DNA of 64,000 nucleotides from Pavona decussata (GCA_977016875.1 CDRNST010000102.1:868001-932000), one strand, 5' to 3'. Positions 1-13,829 are shown, counted from the stretch's first letter. Notes: a model not told the origin generated them from the letters alone. Numbers and translations are program-made.

Positions 1-3000
1 GTCATTTTTTTTTTCTGATAATCAGTATAAACTATCCAGCAGTCAGTTTGAATTGATATGAAACAAATAATCATTTCCTTTGAAGCCTGCGGAAAATTGG
101 GAAAATCATTAGGGATGTGAAGGGCAAATCTGCCATATTTATAAAGGATTGGACCTAGAGAGCACAGCAAAGCTATTTCTACTTCATCTAACATTCTTTT
201 GTCCTACTAGGTTACCGACTTGGGACAACAAGGAGGCAATCCTCCAGCACTTTGCGGGAAAGGCAGCAAACTGATCCACTCGCCAAGAAGGTAAGGCTTT
301 CTTCATAACTCATCTTATTTCCTTCGTTATCTTAGCGCAATATACATTTACAAGTTAACGTTCGATGTAAATCATACACAAATGTATACAATCGATGAAA
401 AGAGTGGAGAATTGAATTCTCGTTGACCCAACTCACGTGCGTCTGAGAAGATAAAAACGTTGACAAAATCGATAACGTCAACGGATGTACAGAGAGAAAT
501 GCAGAATCACGCGCAGATGGTTTGTGTATAGGCTAGGTCCACCCTAACGTGGATCCAATTCGAATTTGGAAAGTGTTTAATACATTCTGCTATTTATGAA
601 GTTGAAGAGTCCGATATTTCTCGCAAGAATCGATATTTTTTCAAGGAAACCTCAGTATCGAGTATTTGGTATCAATATCGGGGCACCCTAAACATGGTTC
701 TATCGATACTTTCATTCGTCCTTTTCGATACTTTCATTCGATCTTTTTGTAATAAAATAGGTTAGAAAACCAATGCTGTATCAGAGCTTTAAAAGTCCAA
801 AGGCAGTTCAAGCGAAAAGTAAGATTACTGTGGAGAAAGCCATCAAGCGAAAGGGACATCACATGTCAAAAGAAAACCATGCTAAAGCGAAAGAGAGAAA
901 GCTGGAACACATCATGGAGGTGTTGTCTTCACCGGACAGACGTTTGAAACTCTCACTGGCATTAGCCGAGATCAACAGAAGATTGGCAGGTCAGATTCTC
1001 ATCTGGAAGATGTTGCCTTGTCAAACCGGATAAAAAAATGAGATTTTATTTCACTGTCAGTAATGATGAACATGTAGATATGTGATTCATAGAACTATAC
1101 TCTAGTCCATTCAGTCGGGAAACAGCTTCAAGGTACAACTGTTTCGTCTGTGAGGCTAAACTGTTCACACAGGGTACAGAACTGGGACATCTAGAAATGG
1201 GTACCACATGTAGCAGGCGCGCCAGTTAAACAAAGCGCGCGTGTTTTCGGAGGGCGTACGTGTCTTCTAGCTCGCTCCTTGCTTTGAACCTCATTATGAA
1301 AGCAAGGCTTCGTGCATAGTTGTTATTATAAAAATTCATTTTTATTCATATGCAGACAAAACTAATTTTCACATGAAAAGCTTTTCACTTAGCCTCGCTT
1401 TCGTAATGAGGTTAAAAGCAACTTGGAAATGGCCTATATATTAAGGGCGTTTTTCATTCGTCAGAACTGGCCGGCCAGAGAGACCAGTCTGTGAATCAAA
1501 TGCGTCATTTTAAAGGGATGGTGCTGCAAAATCTTGGAAAATAATCACTCCGAAAATGGAACGTGTTATTTGGAGAAATCCGAAGGACTTAGGAAAGAAC
1601 TTATCATTAAAATTGGTGCACTCCGCACGTTTACGAACTGAGCTGTCTGACCGTGCAGTTCTGACAAATGGAAAAGATTACTTTAAGCAAACGAATGTAA
1701 CATATGTATAATTACGAGAACCGAAAAATGGCAACTTTGTTGACTTTCCCAACTGGTTGGGAAAGCAAAAGAGCCTACAGATTCATTTGAAGGAATCAGT
1801 TTAGAATCACGATAGCCAACGTAACTTATCAGTTGCTAGTAACTGATTAGGGTGAGGAAACTGCCGTTGTGTTAATATTTATTTATGTATATAAGTAGCT
1901 ATCGCAACCCTGACATAAGTTTTCAAGGTTCCGCAATGAAAGAGTAGTACCTCAGTTAATTATATCTCTCAATTAGTACGCGCGGTGTGATTGGTGAATT
2001 TTGCGGGCCGTATTTCACTGTGCGACCTGCTAAACTTTAACTAGTTTCCTTTTCCGCCCATCCGGTTGACCTAAGAATTATATATAATAAATATTTTACT
2101 AACCTCGTTTTCTCGGTCCGTACAGTAAGTTGCGGTTCCTCATTTTTTCCTTCGCGCTTGGGCCATAAATCAACGGGAAAAAAGAAGATCCGTAACTAAC
2201 AGTATGCACCGAGAAAACGAGGTTAGTAAGTGAAACATTTGGTAATATAATTCAATTATCAGGAAGGCCCATTCTGTTGGATTTCTTACCCAAGTCTTGT
2301 GCGCCTGCCCGCAAGCCAATGGCGGTAGCCAAAATGATATCATATGACGACGCCGTTGTGTATATAGAATCGTCAGTTTTGACTCCCTTGTGGACAAAGC
2401 GCTTTATATATGCTGTGGTTGATTTTTTTTTCAAATCAGGTTTACTTATTGTTGAATTACTTTGTACAGTAGTGTGTAAATTCAAATAATTTAAGGTGAA
2501 ATTGAATGACCACCATAGTTAATTGCATAATTCCTTCGTTACGCTTGACGACAGTTCAAAGAGAAGATGAACTCCTGCTTGCGCTTGCGCGAAGGTCGAT
2601 TTCTGCGTGCTCTCAGTTACCCTTGAGAGAAAAATAGGACTTGTTGCTGGCCTTGTTTTTCGGGATGGGTACTCCCTTATACGAGCAATATGGGACTGTG
2701 TCCGTCCAAAAGGTATGAATTCGGCAGCCATTTCAATCTGACAATGGCTACAAATCTTAACCATTTCGGTTTTAAAGTCTGAAAACGGGTTTGGATTTTA
2801 GAAGTCAGGTCAAGTCCGGTTGTTCGAAAGCCGATTAATGCTAACCCCCGATTAAAAATTAACCGAGGCTTTCATCTTACTTGTTAAATATGTTTTTAAA
2901 AGCTGATTTTAAGTTTAAGGTAAAGAAAAGTCTACGACAAAACTGAAGGGAAAAAATCTTTTTGAAAAATGATTACTGATAAGCAATTAAACTCGAATCA

Positions 3001-5397
3001 AAGTTCACGTTAACCCAGGATTAGCTTAATCGGCCTTTGAACAACTCTGCCCAGGTCTGAAAACGGCCGATAGCTGAAAAAGCTTGAAAAGCTTCATATT
3101 TTGGTCTGAATCTGAAATAGGGTCAGACAGAGACCAGACAGCATACCCCCTCCAAAAATTCCGTCAAGTACTCCCCTCTCCCAGGTTTCTCGTTGCACAC
3201 TGATGAGTTCATATATTACGAGATTAAGTACATGAAACAATTATTTTAAAATATCCTCAAACACGAACAGGATAAAATGCCAATTAGCTAAAGAAATTAA
3301 AAGGAAGGCATCACACTGATCTAAAGTGACATTTCTTTTATTTGTAAAATTAAAACGCGAGGCTTGCCGGGTAAGTAAGGACACTATATGATTAAATACT
3401 GGATCATTGGATGCCAAAATTCCAGAGTTTTGATTAGCTTAGCGGCCATGATTATACCATGTGATTTCAAGGTTTGAGCGCAGTCTTGGTAGGTTTGGAT
3501 CAGATTTCCTCGATCTCGTGTAGTGATTGGAAAACATTGTGACGCACAGAAATAAACCTCGAAACCATGCTACCGTTCCTGGCATGGTAACAAGCGCATG
3601 CTTAGGGGTGAAAAGATTGCAGGCTCAGAGCTTGAATTCATGCGCGTTGCTCACTTCGATTTACAACTAAGGGACGAGTATTTTCGTTGTTTTTTCTCCA
3701 AGGTAAGTGAACCTGTGTTGATTTTTTCGAACTATCGATAGCAAATTTGAGCGGAGCTGTTCATCAGAATATCCGAAAGCTGTGTAGTGGCGTGTTTTCC
3801 GAGAAACAGACGTTGCAATTCGCTCCGAGCTGCAATGTGTTAACTCAGCTGTTTTCCACAGCAGATACATAGAGTTTGTATTATCTTCGGTAATTGTACG
3901 TTGATGACATGAATGCGACAATAACAACAATCAAAGAAAAATATCTGCCAAAAAATGCAGCGATCACATAAAACCATCTTTTTATAACAACTCCAGGATT
4001 GAGAAGGACGAACGCATCGTAATCCGTGATTACATCTTGTTTACTAAACTGTTATATAATAATAAAACAGCATTAAAAACCCATTTTTAAGTTTTAGCCT
4101 GAAGGGCTTTCACTTTATATTGAAAATGACGCGGGTGGAGTGATTGGTTACCAAGCCCACGGTCATATGAATTAATTAGAATATCAAGAGCGGCTTTCAT
4201 TTGAGCGAGCAAAATAATCTGGCTCTAGCCAATCACAACAAACGTAAACAGCGCAATGAGCCAATCAGAATTCGTAGCAAATACACGTAACTGGTGCCAA
4301 GTGCGACTGTGAGCAGTCTCTTTCTTCTCCTAAGTTCTGTCACACTCGCGCGATTACCGTCGCTTTTCGCGCGTGATCTGAGGAAAAAAGTAGGACTGCT
4401 CGCAGTCTAAGGGCGGGAAAACATGCGTGCGAGCATGATTGGTTTAGCTTCTCATTGGTTGAGAAAGTGGCGCGAGTTTTGTTAAACAAATCACAGAAAA
4501 TACAGTCAAGAAAAACCAAAGCAAGTGCAATTTCTCTCGACACTCAATTGAAAATTGCTCCAATGTACTAGGAGATTTGCACTAAATGGGACTCCATAAA
4601 GAAGTGTCCGACTCTAACGAGTCTCGGCCATTTACATGTATGTTCCGTGTTCAATTTATGGCTCTCAGATTTCCGAGAAAGAGAGATACGGTGGGAGCCG
4701 CAAGAAGAAGAATCTGGGACAATGCTTTCAGGGGAGAACAGTTTGAATGTTTATTCTATCCGTTTCTTAGCAACTAAGGAAACTGAACGTGAAGATCGGA
4801 CACGAGACTTAAAAATAATAGTTTGCAAATTTGCTATGCGATTGAAGTGAATACTAGCGTTTAACGTGTGTCCCCATTTTATAAGGCTGGACAAGAATAC
4901 GCAGTAAGCTTTTATTTTCACGATATAAAAGTATTGCTTTTTTCGTCATAGCATTTTAGGCTGCGAATATGCATCAAAAAGGGTGCGAATAAGACAACGT
5001 ATCGTACTCGACTTAGTCTCCCCGATCGCGCGCAGTCACGACTATAATTCAGTACAAGAGCAACACGGCCAAGTATTTTTACGTATGAAAGTTTTCTTCC
5101 TTTTCTCGTCTAAGACGTCCATTCGATAAAAAATAAATAGTGAAAATGGCAAGCCGTGTCACACAACATATGACCTTACCTTAAACTTTTCGAAGAGTAA
5201 ATTTTAAGGAAAAGAAAAGTCAACACCGCATAATCGCCATGTCGATAAAGTCAGTAATAAACCGTGACATGGGCCGAATCCATGAAAATTTTTAAGTGTT
5301 TGCTTATTAACAATAAATAGACTTGCATATTCCGGCAGTAAAAGCGACAAATTGGATGGAAAGTTTCCTTCCTAAGGAATTAGTATAATCCTCTCAG

Positions 5398-5780
5398 TAA
5401 AGAGTTTCTTTTGGGCGGTGTCTGCATGTGATCAAGAGGACGCTTTTGGTGGGTGGCGATTTTGGTCTGCGAGAAAAACCAATTATCGTCAACTTAAAGC
5501 CTAATTCACAATCAGTAATTGAAGTGAAGGTTCTTAGTACAAAAGAACTTCTTTTAAAACAGAAACAATAGACAAATGTATGGAGAACTTCCGACCTCAG
5601 GATCACAGTAGAGATACTCATGTTACAAAGAGTTCCTTTTGGGCGCATGCCTATGAACACGAGCACGCTTTTGTTGGGTGGCGCTTGTGGTGTGGGAGAA
5701 AAACTAATTATCGTCAGCTTAAAGGCTAACTTACAATCACTCATTGATTTGAAGGTACTTAGCACAATTAAAACAGAAAC
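5398..5780. repeat. Diverged tandem duplication with a ~229-bp period, upstream of the first GPCR
   Basis: AAAGAGTTTCTTTTGGGCG...AATTATCGTCA...GAAGGTTCTTAG repeated at ~5398 and ~5627. Confidence 0.7.
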
Positions 5781-6294
5781 AATTCGTACATAGGAAAACA
5801 TTACTTGAAACACATTTGTACACTTTACTGGCTCTTTCCTAAAGGCAAAAAAAAAATTCTCTAGTCATTGATTTGCTTTCTTGGTTTGATATATGCAATC
5901 AGCATAATTTCATCTAACTTGTAGTAACTTTTCGTTTAACCGACGTTAATTCCTAGAACATCTTTTCTTGCATGTTTAGATTTCTGAAAAGAACTGATAC
6001 TGCTACCGAAGTATTTTGTGTAACATTTGTGCGTGCGAGTTTTGCGCAAAAATCAATTGAACAAAGAATGCTGAATATGAAGGAAAAAGCTCTTGACTCC
6101 AAAAGCCTTAAGTTCGTTAATTGATTGAGAGAATAGCTGAATTAATGGAGTTAAACAATACAGGTATGGGAAAATCGGGAGGAGAACATTTGCGCGTTGA
6201 AGAGACGGAGACTTTTGAAAAGTAAAAACTAATGTTAAACATTTGTTGTCGGAGACGATAAGCTTCATAATAACACTTCCTCGCCGGTCTTAAC

Positions 6295-7239
6295 ATGACC
6301 AACCTCTCCGCTTCAAACATGAACAACAAGGTTTCGGGCACGGCTTTGGAAGAACAAATGCATCTAAGCGTCCCCGTCCAGGTTAGTCTGGCCACTAATA
6401 TGATCATCAACATCATCACTTGTCCCTTTGCAGTTGTTCTGAACATTCTGGTGATAATGGCGGTGAAAAGAAGACCTAGGCTACAAACCAATGCAAATAT
6501 CTTGCTGGCATGTTTAGCGGCTACAGACACAATGAATGGTCTTTTAGTACAGCCATCGCTTATCGCGTGGATAATATTGAAATCTCTTAGTATGACTGAA
6601 GAAAAAACGGTTCTTACTTTCCACAATTCTGCTCTACGCGGCTGGTTTCTCTGTTCATCTCTTCATTTGCTGTTGATAACCTTCGAAAGGCTAATTGCGA
6701 TTAAATTCACCATCCACTACCCATATATTGTCACAAAGAACAATATTAAGGTGGCAGTAATCGCATTTTGGATCACTACTCTTTTTTCTGAGACAACAGT
6801 ACTGGTAACAGACAAAACAATAATTGCTAACCTTTTGGTAGTTCTCGCCTTGTTTTCGTGTATCGTTTTCATTTCGATTTCTTACGTGTTGCTATATCGC
6901 GAGACGCGGCGACACGAAAGGAGGATCAAAGCTCAACAACTTCCACTGGAACAAGTGGAAAGGTTTGCTAAAGAAAGCAAAGCGTTCAAGACGACTGTAT
7001 ACGTGGTCGGAGCTGTTGTTTTATGCTTTCTTCCCGCGGCTGTTTTCCTCGGAGTTGTCCTTTCCGGCGTGTTTTTACTGACGCAGTCAGGTTTGTTTCT
7101 AGTTTATTCGCCCTTCATTCGCACATGTGGTATTTTAAACTCGCTTCTTAATCCTCTCATTTACTGCTGGCGACAAAAAGGAATGAGAAAGTTTATATTT
7201 AGGTTTTCGGCTGTCCAAGCGGTGCATCCCGCTAACTAA
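6295..7239 (+). CDS. Single-exon rhodopsin-like (class A) GPCR, orphan melanocortin/adenosine-receptor-like type
   Basis: 314-aa ORF with seven hydrophobic segments, TM1 N (VLNILV), TM2 LAxxD (LAATD), ERLIAI in place of DRY, TM6 CFLP and TM7 NPLIY. The start could be the second Met at 6319. Confidence 0.93.
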   Translation: MTNLSASNMNNKVSGTALEEQMHLSVPVQVSLATNMIINIITCPFAVVLNILVIMAVKRRPRLQTNANILLACLAATDTMNGLLVQPSLIAWIILKSLSMTEEKTVLTFHNSALRGWFLCSSLHLLLITFERLIAIKFTIHYPYIVTKNNIKVAVIAFWITTLFSETTVLVTDKTIIANLLVVLALFSCIVFISISYVLLYRETRRHERRIKAQQLPLEQVERFAKESKAFKTTVYVVGAVVLCFLPAAVFLGVVLSGVFLLTQSGLFLVYSPFIRTCGILNSLLNPLIYCWRQKGMRKFIFRFSAVQAVHPAN

Positions 7240-7463
7240 ACTGAATTCTTGTCAGTGATTGCTAATGTGAGAATCGGAAAGGCTTTCATTTAATTTGAAA
7301 AGTGTGGCAATAAAATTGTAAGACTTGCTGCAATTTGGACTTATTGGCTTTCGATAGAGCGGTTTTTAAATTTCTGTAGTAAAATTAGATCGCGGAACCC
7401 AAAGAAATTACTCTGGCCAATCACAACAGACAGAAACAGCCAAATGAACCAATTAGAATTTAA

Positions 7464-7781
7464 AGGGGGCAGTGTCACATATTTTAGAGTTACTTTGAAT
7501 AGCCAAACAATCTATTTGTATCGATGGAATCGTCAAAATAATGACTCAGTTTTGTTAACAATAACCTTACTAGTGCACAGAAACTAGTATTTGTTATGTT
7601 TGGCTGCGGGTGGCTTGGATGGAAATGGATTTCAACTTGAAAAAATTTGTGTATTGTAGAAAAGTAACTGAAAACTGATTAAAGTTTGTTTTTACTCAGA
7701 GAAATCCCCTAATATTTTTCTTTGTAAAAAATTTGAGCAACTTTGAAGAAAGTGTAGCAAAATCGTCATGACAATGCCCCT
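7464..7781. mobile_element. Kolobok-type MITE inserted in an older repeat
   Basis: TTAA|AGGGGGCAGTGTCA...TGACAATGCCCCT|TTAA; it interrupts a repeat also seen at ~4185-4560. Confidence 0.65.
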
Positions 7782-7792
7782 TTAAAGCAAAC

Positions 7793-7925
7793 NNNNNNNN
7801 NNNNNNNNNNNNNNNNNNNNNNNNNNNNNNNNNNNNNNNNNNNNNNNNNNNNNNNNNNNNNNNNNNNNNNNNNNNNNNNNNNNNNNNNNNNNNNNNNNNN
7901 NNNNNNNNNNNNNNNNNNNNNNNNN
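7793..7925. other. Assembly gap
   Basis: Run of N. Confidence 1.
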
Positions 7926-8578
7926 TTATACAGGAGATGTTCAGTTCGCCAAGGCTGGTTTAAAGGTAGTCCTGTAAATACATTAAATCAAGCACCTGAT
8001 TTTCATTAAAATAAACACACAAAAACACGTAGAAAACTGCCAACTTAAAAGGCAACTTCGTTTCCAGAGTTTTTCCCTCGTAAATTGACATTTGAAGAAG
8101 ATTGTTAGAATCAATCTAAATCTCTTTAATATTTTGTAACACAGGTTACGTTGGGAAAGGCAGCTGGTCGCTGATAAAGTGTACCTGCCACACCAAATCC
8201 TTAAAAACTAAAAGGGCAGTCAAACTATTAAACGTACAATTTAGTGATAATGCCTACTTTTCCAAGGCTCAGTTCTATACATGCTGTATATATGTGACAC
8301 TGGGAATAATGCTTCTAAAGCAAATAAACTCGAGTAAATATTTCTTAAGGTAAAAGCCTAAGTTTGAATGTCATGCTGAAGCTATTACAGATGGAGCTTT
8401 TCTGAGGTTGCTATGACATTTGAAAATTATATGATTCCTCGTAAGCAGAATCGTAAAGGCTGTTGTATAATAAGTGCTACAATAAAAATGTAAAAATTCT
8501 GAGAATTGGACTCCTAGTTTAATAGCGAAGACTTTTGAAAGAATCGATGTTAAACCTTTTAGCGGCCTTGTCGCCATC

Positions 8579-8662
8579 CAATCTCGTCCCCAGAGCCCGC
8601 TTTCCTTTTGGTCAGCACCAAAAGCGATGACCAGAAGGAAAGTAGGGTCTCGGACGAGATTG
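8579..8662. mobile_element. Short palindromic MITE with a 9-bp TSD (Mutator-like)
   Basis: CAATCTCGTCC...GGACGAGATTG flanked by GTCGCCATC and GTCGCCAGC; a related element lies at 34215-34498. Confidence 0.65.
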
Positions 8663-11600
8663 GTCGCCAGCGCTTCGGCTTTTTGGATGGTCAAAACGTG
8701 CTCTGTTTGTCGACCGCTCGTTAGCTCCTCCCTGCTTACTTCGTTGGTATGTTTCTCCCTTCCCCCTTCCTCCAGGCTGGTCTTCAAGTTTAGTTTCTCT
8801 ACGGGTAGTTTTGCCTGGATGAATATGTGCCGGCTTACCAGAGAGTTTGCAAACCATGTGATTCGCTCTTTAACTATCTACCACGGTAGAGCTACAGTTA
8901 CCAAGGGTTACGAGTAGACTTTCTAAAAGCCCTTTCCAATATTATTTCCCCTCTTCACTCTTTATGTTTATGTTTCTACCGGTGACCTCAAAGCATGTTA
9001 GCCAATGAGCAACAAGTCTTTCCGTTATGTCATAGCCTCGCGCGCGATCAATGTCGTTACTGGGGGAAGCAAACGAAAACTTGACTCGCCGTTCAGTCGA
9101 CGATGAATGACTTTCAGAAACACCACCCAGATTTCCCTGCCGTTTAGTCGCCATTTCTCCGCGCTTTTCAGTCTAGAGAGCTTAAACAGAATTAAAACTT
9201 TTTTTGGTTAAGTCCATTTTCTTCACCAAAGTTGATTTCTTTCGCTACACGATGGGCATATAGTGTTTATCAAACAGCTCTCCGGGAAAAGAAAATAACC
9301 AACCATCCTTTAATTTCCACGTTTACACACGCTTTATCTTTTGATACTTAGAGCCTGTCTGAAACAGCTTCCTCTTCTTGTCAGCGTTGACTTCTACCCC
9401 GCAGTGGATACAAATAATTTCTCACCGACTCGAGTTTGGCGATAAAAACACTGCGAAATGTTTTGGTTGGAGTTGTCGCATCCGACGCTATTAAACTTGG
9501 CGGCGATCACCCGCGGAGTACGCGAAATTTGAGAAATGTCAAACATTCTTTTCGCGCCAAAAATTGAGGCTTGGATTCAAATCCCTGCAAGTGAAACAAG
9601 TCGACTTCACTTCTCGCGATGTTCGTCGCTCACTTTCGCAACTTCTTCGCTTGAAGAAGTCGACTTGTGGCAAGTCTAGGTTACGAAGTGTGGGTAGCTA
9701 GGGGAATTCATTTTAAACCAATTCATCTCGGAATATAACTTCTTGTTGTTCGTAATTTGCAAATCTCCTCTCAGTTCTTTGGCTCTGTTTTACAGTGCTC
9801 CCACAGAACATTTTAAAAGTTTCCTGCCACTTTAGTAGGAGGTTAGACTTCCGCTCCGTACAACACCGAAACAACCGCGGATGTAACGATGAACGATAAA
9901 ATGAGTAATGAATTCTTAAAGTTGTGCAGCGTAATCAAACGAATAGGGAACCTACCCAGCAGTCTGAGAATTCTGAAAATTCCAGTGTCTATAGTGTTAG
10001 AAGGTACGTGCGAATATTAATAAACAGCAGCTGGTTTTAGTGTTCGACAACAGGAGGAAATCATTGATCCTGAACATGAAATGGCCAGCTTAATAAAAAC
10101 AATTTTTATTTTTTCATTGTGAACAAACGAAATGTTTGTCGGTGGATTTCTTATTAACTTTCCGAGTCGTAATTTTGGCCCTAAGCTTCTTTCCCACAGA
10201 CGCCAGACGGCTTATGTTGTCATATCGCCCCGTGAAAAGCAAAAAAATGCTGAACCAGTATTCATGGCTTAACGCATATTGAGTTTCTTTTTTTTTGGAA
10301 ACTGTAAGTATGGGTCAACTAGACCTTTTCCAGAAACCTTGGTGAAGTTCCATTTTTGTGGCATTGAAGTTGATTTTATCCCAAGGGTTGTCATACCAGC
10401 CTGGGCACTTTTTCAGACTTCAAAGAAATAGCTCTGTTTTAGTGTTCGACAACAGGAAGAAATCATTGATCCTGAACATGAAGCGGCCAGCGTAATTAAA
10501 ACAATTTTTATTTTTACATCTTGAACAAACGAAATGTTTGTCGGTGGGTTTTTCATTTACTTTCTGAGTCGTTATTTTGGCCCTAAACTTCTTTCCCACA
10601 GACGCCAGACGGCTTTTATTGTCATATCGAGAGTGTGAAAAGCAAAAAACAGCCGGTATTCCTGGGGTTTTACAATTCAATACTGGCTTAAAGCTTACTG
10701 TTTTTTTGGAAACTGTAAATATGGGCCAACTGGATCTGATCCAGAACCCTTGGTGAAGTTCCATTTTTGTGGTATTGAAGTTGATTTTGTCCCTATGGTC
10801 GTCATACCAGCCAGGGCACGTTTTCAGACTACAAAGAAATGGAACTGGAAATGATAGAATTGTTCATCACATTTCGCCATCCAAGACCCACACATTTCGC
10901 AAACTAAATCAACAGCACATTCTTATTTAATACTGCGAAACCTGTATATATATCTGCCGGTAAATATATCAACCTGGATTTTTGAAAACTGGCTCGGCGC
11001 TCAAGTCATGCTTCTTTGAGAGTTGACAATATCAATACAAAAGCTTGTTTTGAGGAGGGGGGGGGGGGGGGGGGGGCAAGGGGCTAAAGCCCCCAAGCCC
11101 TCCCCCCCAGCTCCGCCGTCCCTGTTAAATGTCATTTTTTGCCAAAGTCTTTTATTGGCCCTCACTATTTATTGTTTTTATGATTCTGTGCACTCTTATT
11201 ATTGTCTTTTGTTCTGTTCTACTAGTTAGTTGCAAGTTATACGCCAGTTAGCTGCACGTGCCAGTGACCAACTCGAAAGCCTAAACACCTTTGGTCACTG
11301 CGCACATTTTACTTTTGATATTTATGTACTTTAAAGATGTCTTTATGTCACTTTTGTGATGTGTAATTTCCTTTTGGACCAAACTTTTGAAATAGTGCAT
11401 AAATAAAAGATCTGAAATCTGAATCTGGTCCGAATGACTGTCACGCGACCTTCAGTTGCAGGAATAAGACATGAAAACATTTCCCGCAATGAATGAAGGA
11501 TGCATACACAAACAAAAAGCCTGTAAGTTGTTCGGTGTTTTTAATGACAAAGTTTCTAACGGGGCGAACTTCAACTTGTCACCCGCAGTTCAAATTAATG

Positions 11601-11944
11601 TTTACAAAATATCGCTGCATATATTCATATTCATTTATGATATTTCAGTTTGAGTGAATTTTGCGTAGATCATGGTTTAACCATCTGCGCTCCTTCGATA
11701 CTGTAACTGTATTTCATCCAGCAGAACGTTTACCTCTGGAGAGAGCACTGTGATATTTTACTTTCAGTGTTTTGTAAGAAGAGAACAGTGCAGCCCAATC
11801 AGCATCACTTGATTACCTGTTTTGACTACCTTCATTCTTCACAAACAGGTGAATTTTATTTGCAATCTTAGATGCGAGTTTATCTGTCACTTCACAGACA
11901 TATCCTGGAGAGTGCCTTATCGGATTTTATGGTAAGTTTTTAAA

Positions 11945-12826
11945 ATGAAACCAGCCCAAGAATTCTATTGGTGGTACGTCGTTGCCTGCGTCTTAAACGT
12001 TTTCTTATCCTATACCGCCATCATGTTGAACATTGTAACAATTCACGCCATCAGAAAAACTCCATCGTTGTCAAAACCTTTAAAAACAGTGCTTGTTACT
12101 CTGGCTGTTTCTGATCTTGGTGTTGGTTTAATGGCTCAGCCACTGTTCGTCGCACTTCATGCCATGCACTTGAAACAAGCTGATAACAGTCGACTGGCTC
12201 ATCATGCATTCGCCGTTTTCTTGACAAACTTGTTTTCCTTTGCTTCATTGTTCCTTGTGGTGGTCTTAATTACAGACAGATTCTTGGCTATTCGCCTTTA
12301 TCTCAGATACAAGGAACTTGTGACTCACAAGCGCGTTGTTGCTGTGGTGATCTCCATATGGGTGTTCAGCGCAATTCTTTCGTTAATACGGCTGTGGATC
12401 CCAAAGAACATCATTTACATCGTGTTTGGCATTCTTTATCTTGTTTGTGCATTAACTGTAATACTCTTGAGCTTCAAGACTTATTCCACAGCACGAGGCC
12501 AAATAAACCAAATTCAAGAAATGGAACTCACTGTACAACAAGTAGCACAGAATCGTGAAAGGGCAAATGTTGAAAGGCTGCGAAAATTTGCCATTGCAGC
12601 AATTTATGTATCTCTCGTATTTATGGTTTGTTATTTGCCAAACATGTGTACCTTATGGGCTATTGCTTTCACATCTGAACCTGTAAACATCGTAATAAAG
12701 CATTACACGTTGACGCTGGTTTTTCTTAATTCATCTGTGAATCCTTTGATTTTCTGCTGGAAAATGAGACACATTCGACACACTGTCATGGATATCCTGC
12801 GAAATGCATGTTCAAGTCACAACTGA
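11945..12826 (+). CDS. Single-exon rhodopsin-like (class A) GPCR
   Basis: 293-aa ORF with LAVSD (TM2), DRFLAI (TM3), CYLP (TM6) and NPLIF (TM7); good AAAATG start context. Confidence 0.93.
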   Translation: MKPAQEFYWWYVVACVLNVFLSYTAIMLNIVTIHAIRKTPSLSKPLKTVLVTLAVSDLGVGLMAQPLFVALHAMHLKQADNSRLAHHAFAVFLTNLFSFASLFLVVVLITDRFLAIRLYLRYKELVTHKRVVAVVISIWVFSAILSLIRLWIPKNIIYIVFGILYLVCALTVILLSFKTYSTARGQINQIQEMELTVQQVAQNRERANVERLRKFAIAAIYVSLVFMVCYLPNMCTLWAIAFTSEPVNIVIKHYTLTLVFLNSSVNPLIFCWKMRHIRHTVMDILRNACSSHN

Positions 12827-13254
12827 ACGAAATCTTCTGGTACATGAAAGTGGAATTACAGAGCCCTGTGCATAAATGTTCGCTTGACTGAGGTTGCTCT
12901 TTTGGCTTTAATTTGTTTGAAAAAAAAAAAAAACTACGTTTTTGTGTTTTGTTTTAACAAGCTACACTATGTAAATACAATAAAATCTGCAATTCCACAG
13001 CGACAAACCGTTCAGTGGTGCTGGATCACTTGTAGACCTGGATCATCAAATTATTTTAAATACAAAATATTGACGGCAGACTGATCCCAACGGCGGAGGT
13101 GACGAGCTTGATAGGAGAAACAACAAAGGCTAGAATAACTGAAATATACATTTGTTTGAACGAAAAAGAAAAGTGAGAAACATAAAAGGATCGTTGCAAC
13201 AAAAGATTTAAAATATAAAAAATGCGTGACAATGATTGGTTGTTTAGGACTAAG

Positions 13255-13480
13255 TTACAAGTGTAAGACATGCCATTGGCGTGTTTCGTCACGTCTATTT
13301 ATACAAAGAGGGTGTAATGTTTTAGCTTTGTTGATTAAATGAGCTTCACGAGCCTTTCTAACTGACTCACGTTTGCTGCGTATAAGTTCAAGCGGGATTA
13401 GGTCGACGTCGTTGATTGCCAACCTGGTCGACTCGATCAACGACGTCCACCTAATTCCGCTTGAACTTATACGCAGCAAA
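13255..13480 (-). mobile_element. Penelope-like element 3' fragment (GIY-YIG C-terminal tail) with an inverted duplication
   Basis: Translation RKAREAHLINKAKTLHPLCINRRDE resembles the PLE endonuclease C-terminus (RE..xI...TL.P.G.N); hairpin at 13372-13480. Confidence 0.65.
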
Positions 13481-13829
13481 TGATCAGTGATCAACTTCAA
13501 AATGATCAGTGATCATCAAGATCATGCTGATGCAGATAGAATGTCAAAAAACAGTAATAAAAAAAATGTCAGTCGAGTATGCCAGCGAATATGAATGTTA
13601 ATTTGGAGGCATGTCTCAGATGTCTGCCAAAGAATGTTTCACTATAACAGTTATAGTCGCGTTGTAGTCAGTTATCAGGAATTATAACACTATAACTCAG
13701 ATAACTCAGGGGCGGATCCAGGGGAGGTGAAATGGGTGAATTTTCACCCCCCCTTTTTTTGAGCCCCCTTCCTTTTTTTTTTTCCTTATCCGTCAAATAT
13801 TGAAATAATATTTGATTTCTCTAATTGAG

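Noticed and set aside
211-1033. Exon-like segment 211-290 (AG/GT bounded) and the 86-aa ORF 773-1033
   Set aside because: No recognisable protein motif and no consistent gene model could be built; it may belong to a gene or TE outside the window.
5394-5813. 139-aa ORF with an internal repeat
   Set aside because: The repeat reflects the 229-bp DNA tandem duplication; there is no protein signature and the start is not ATG.
6117-6626. 169-aa minus-strand ORF
   Set aside because: Antisense shadow of the GPCR coding sequence.
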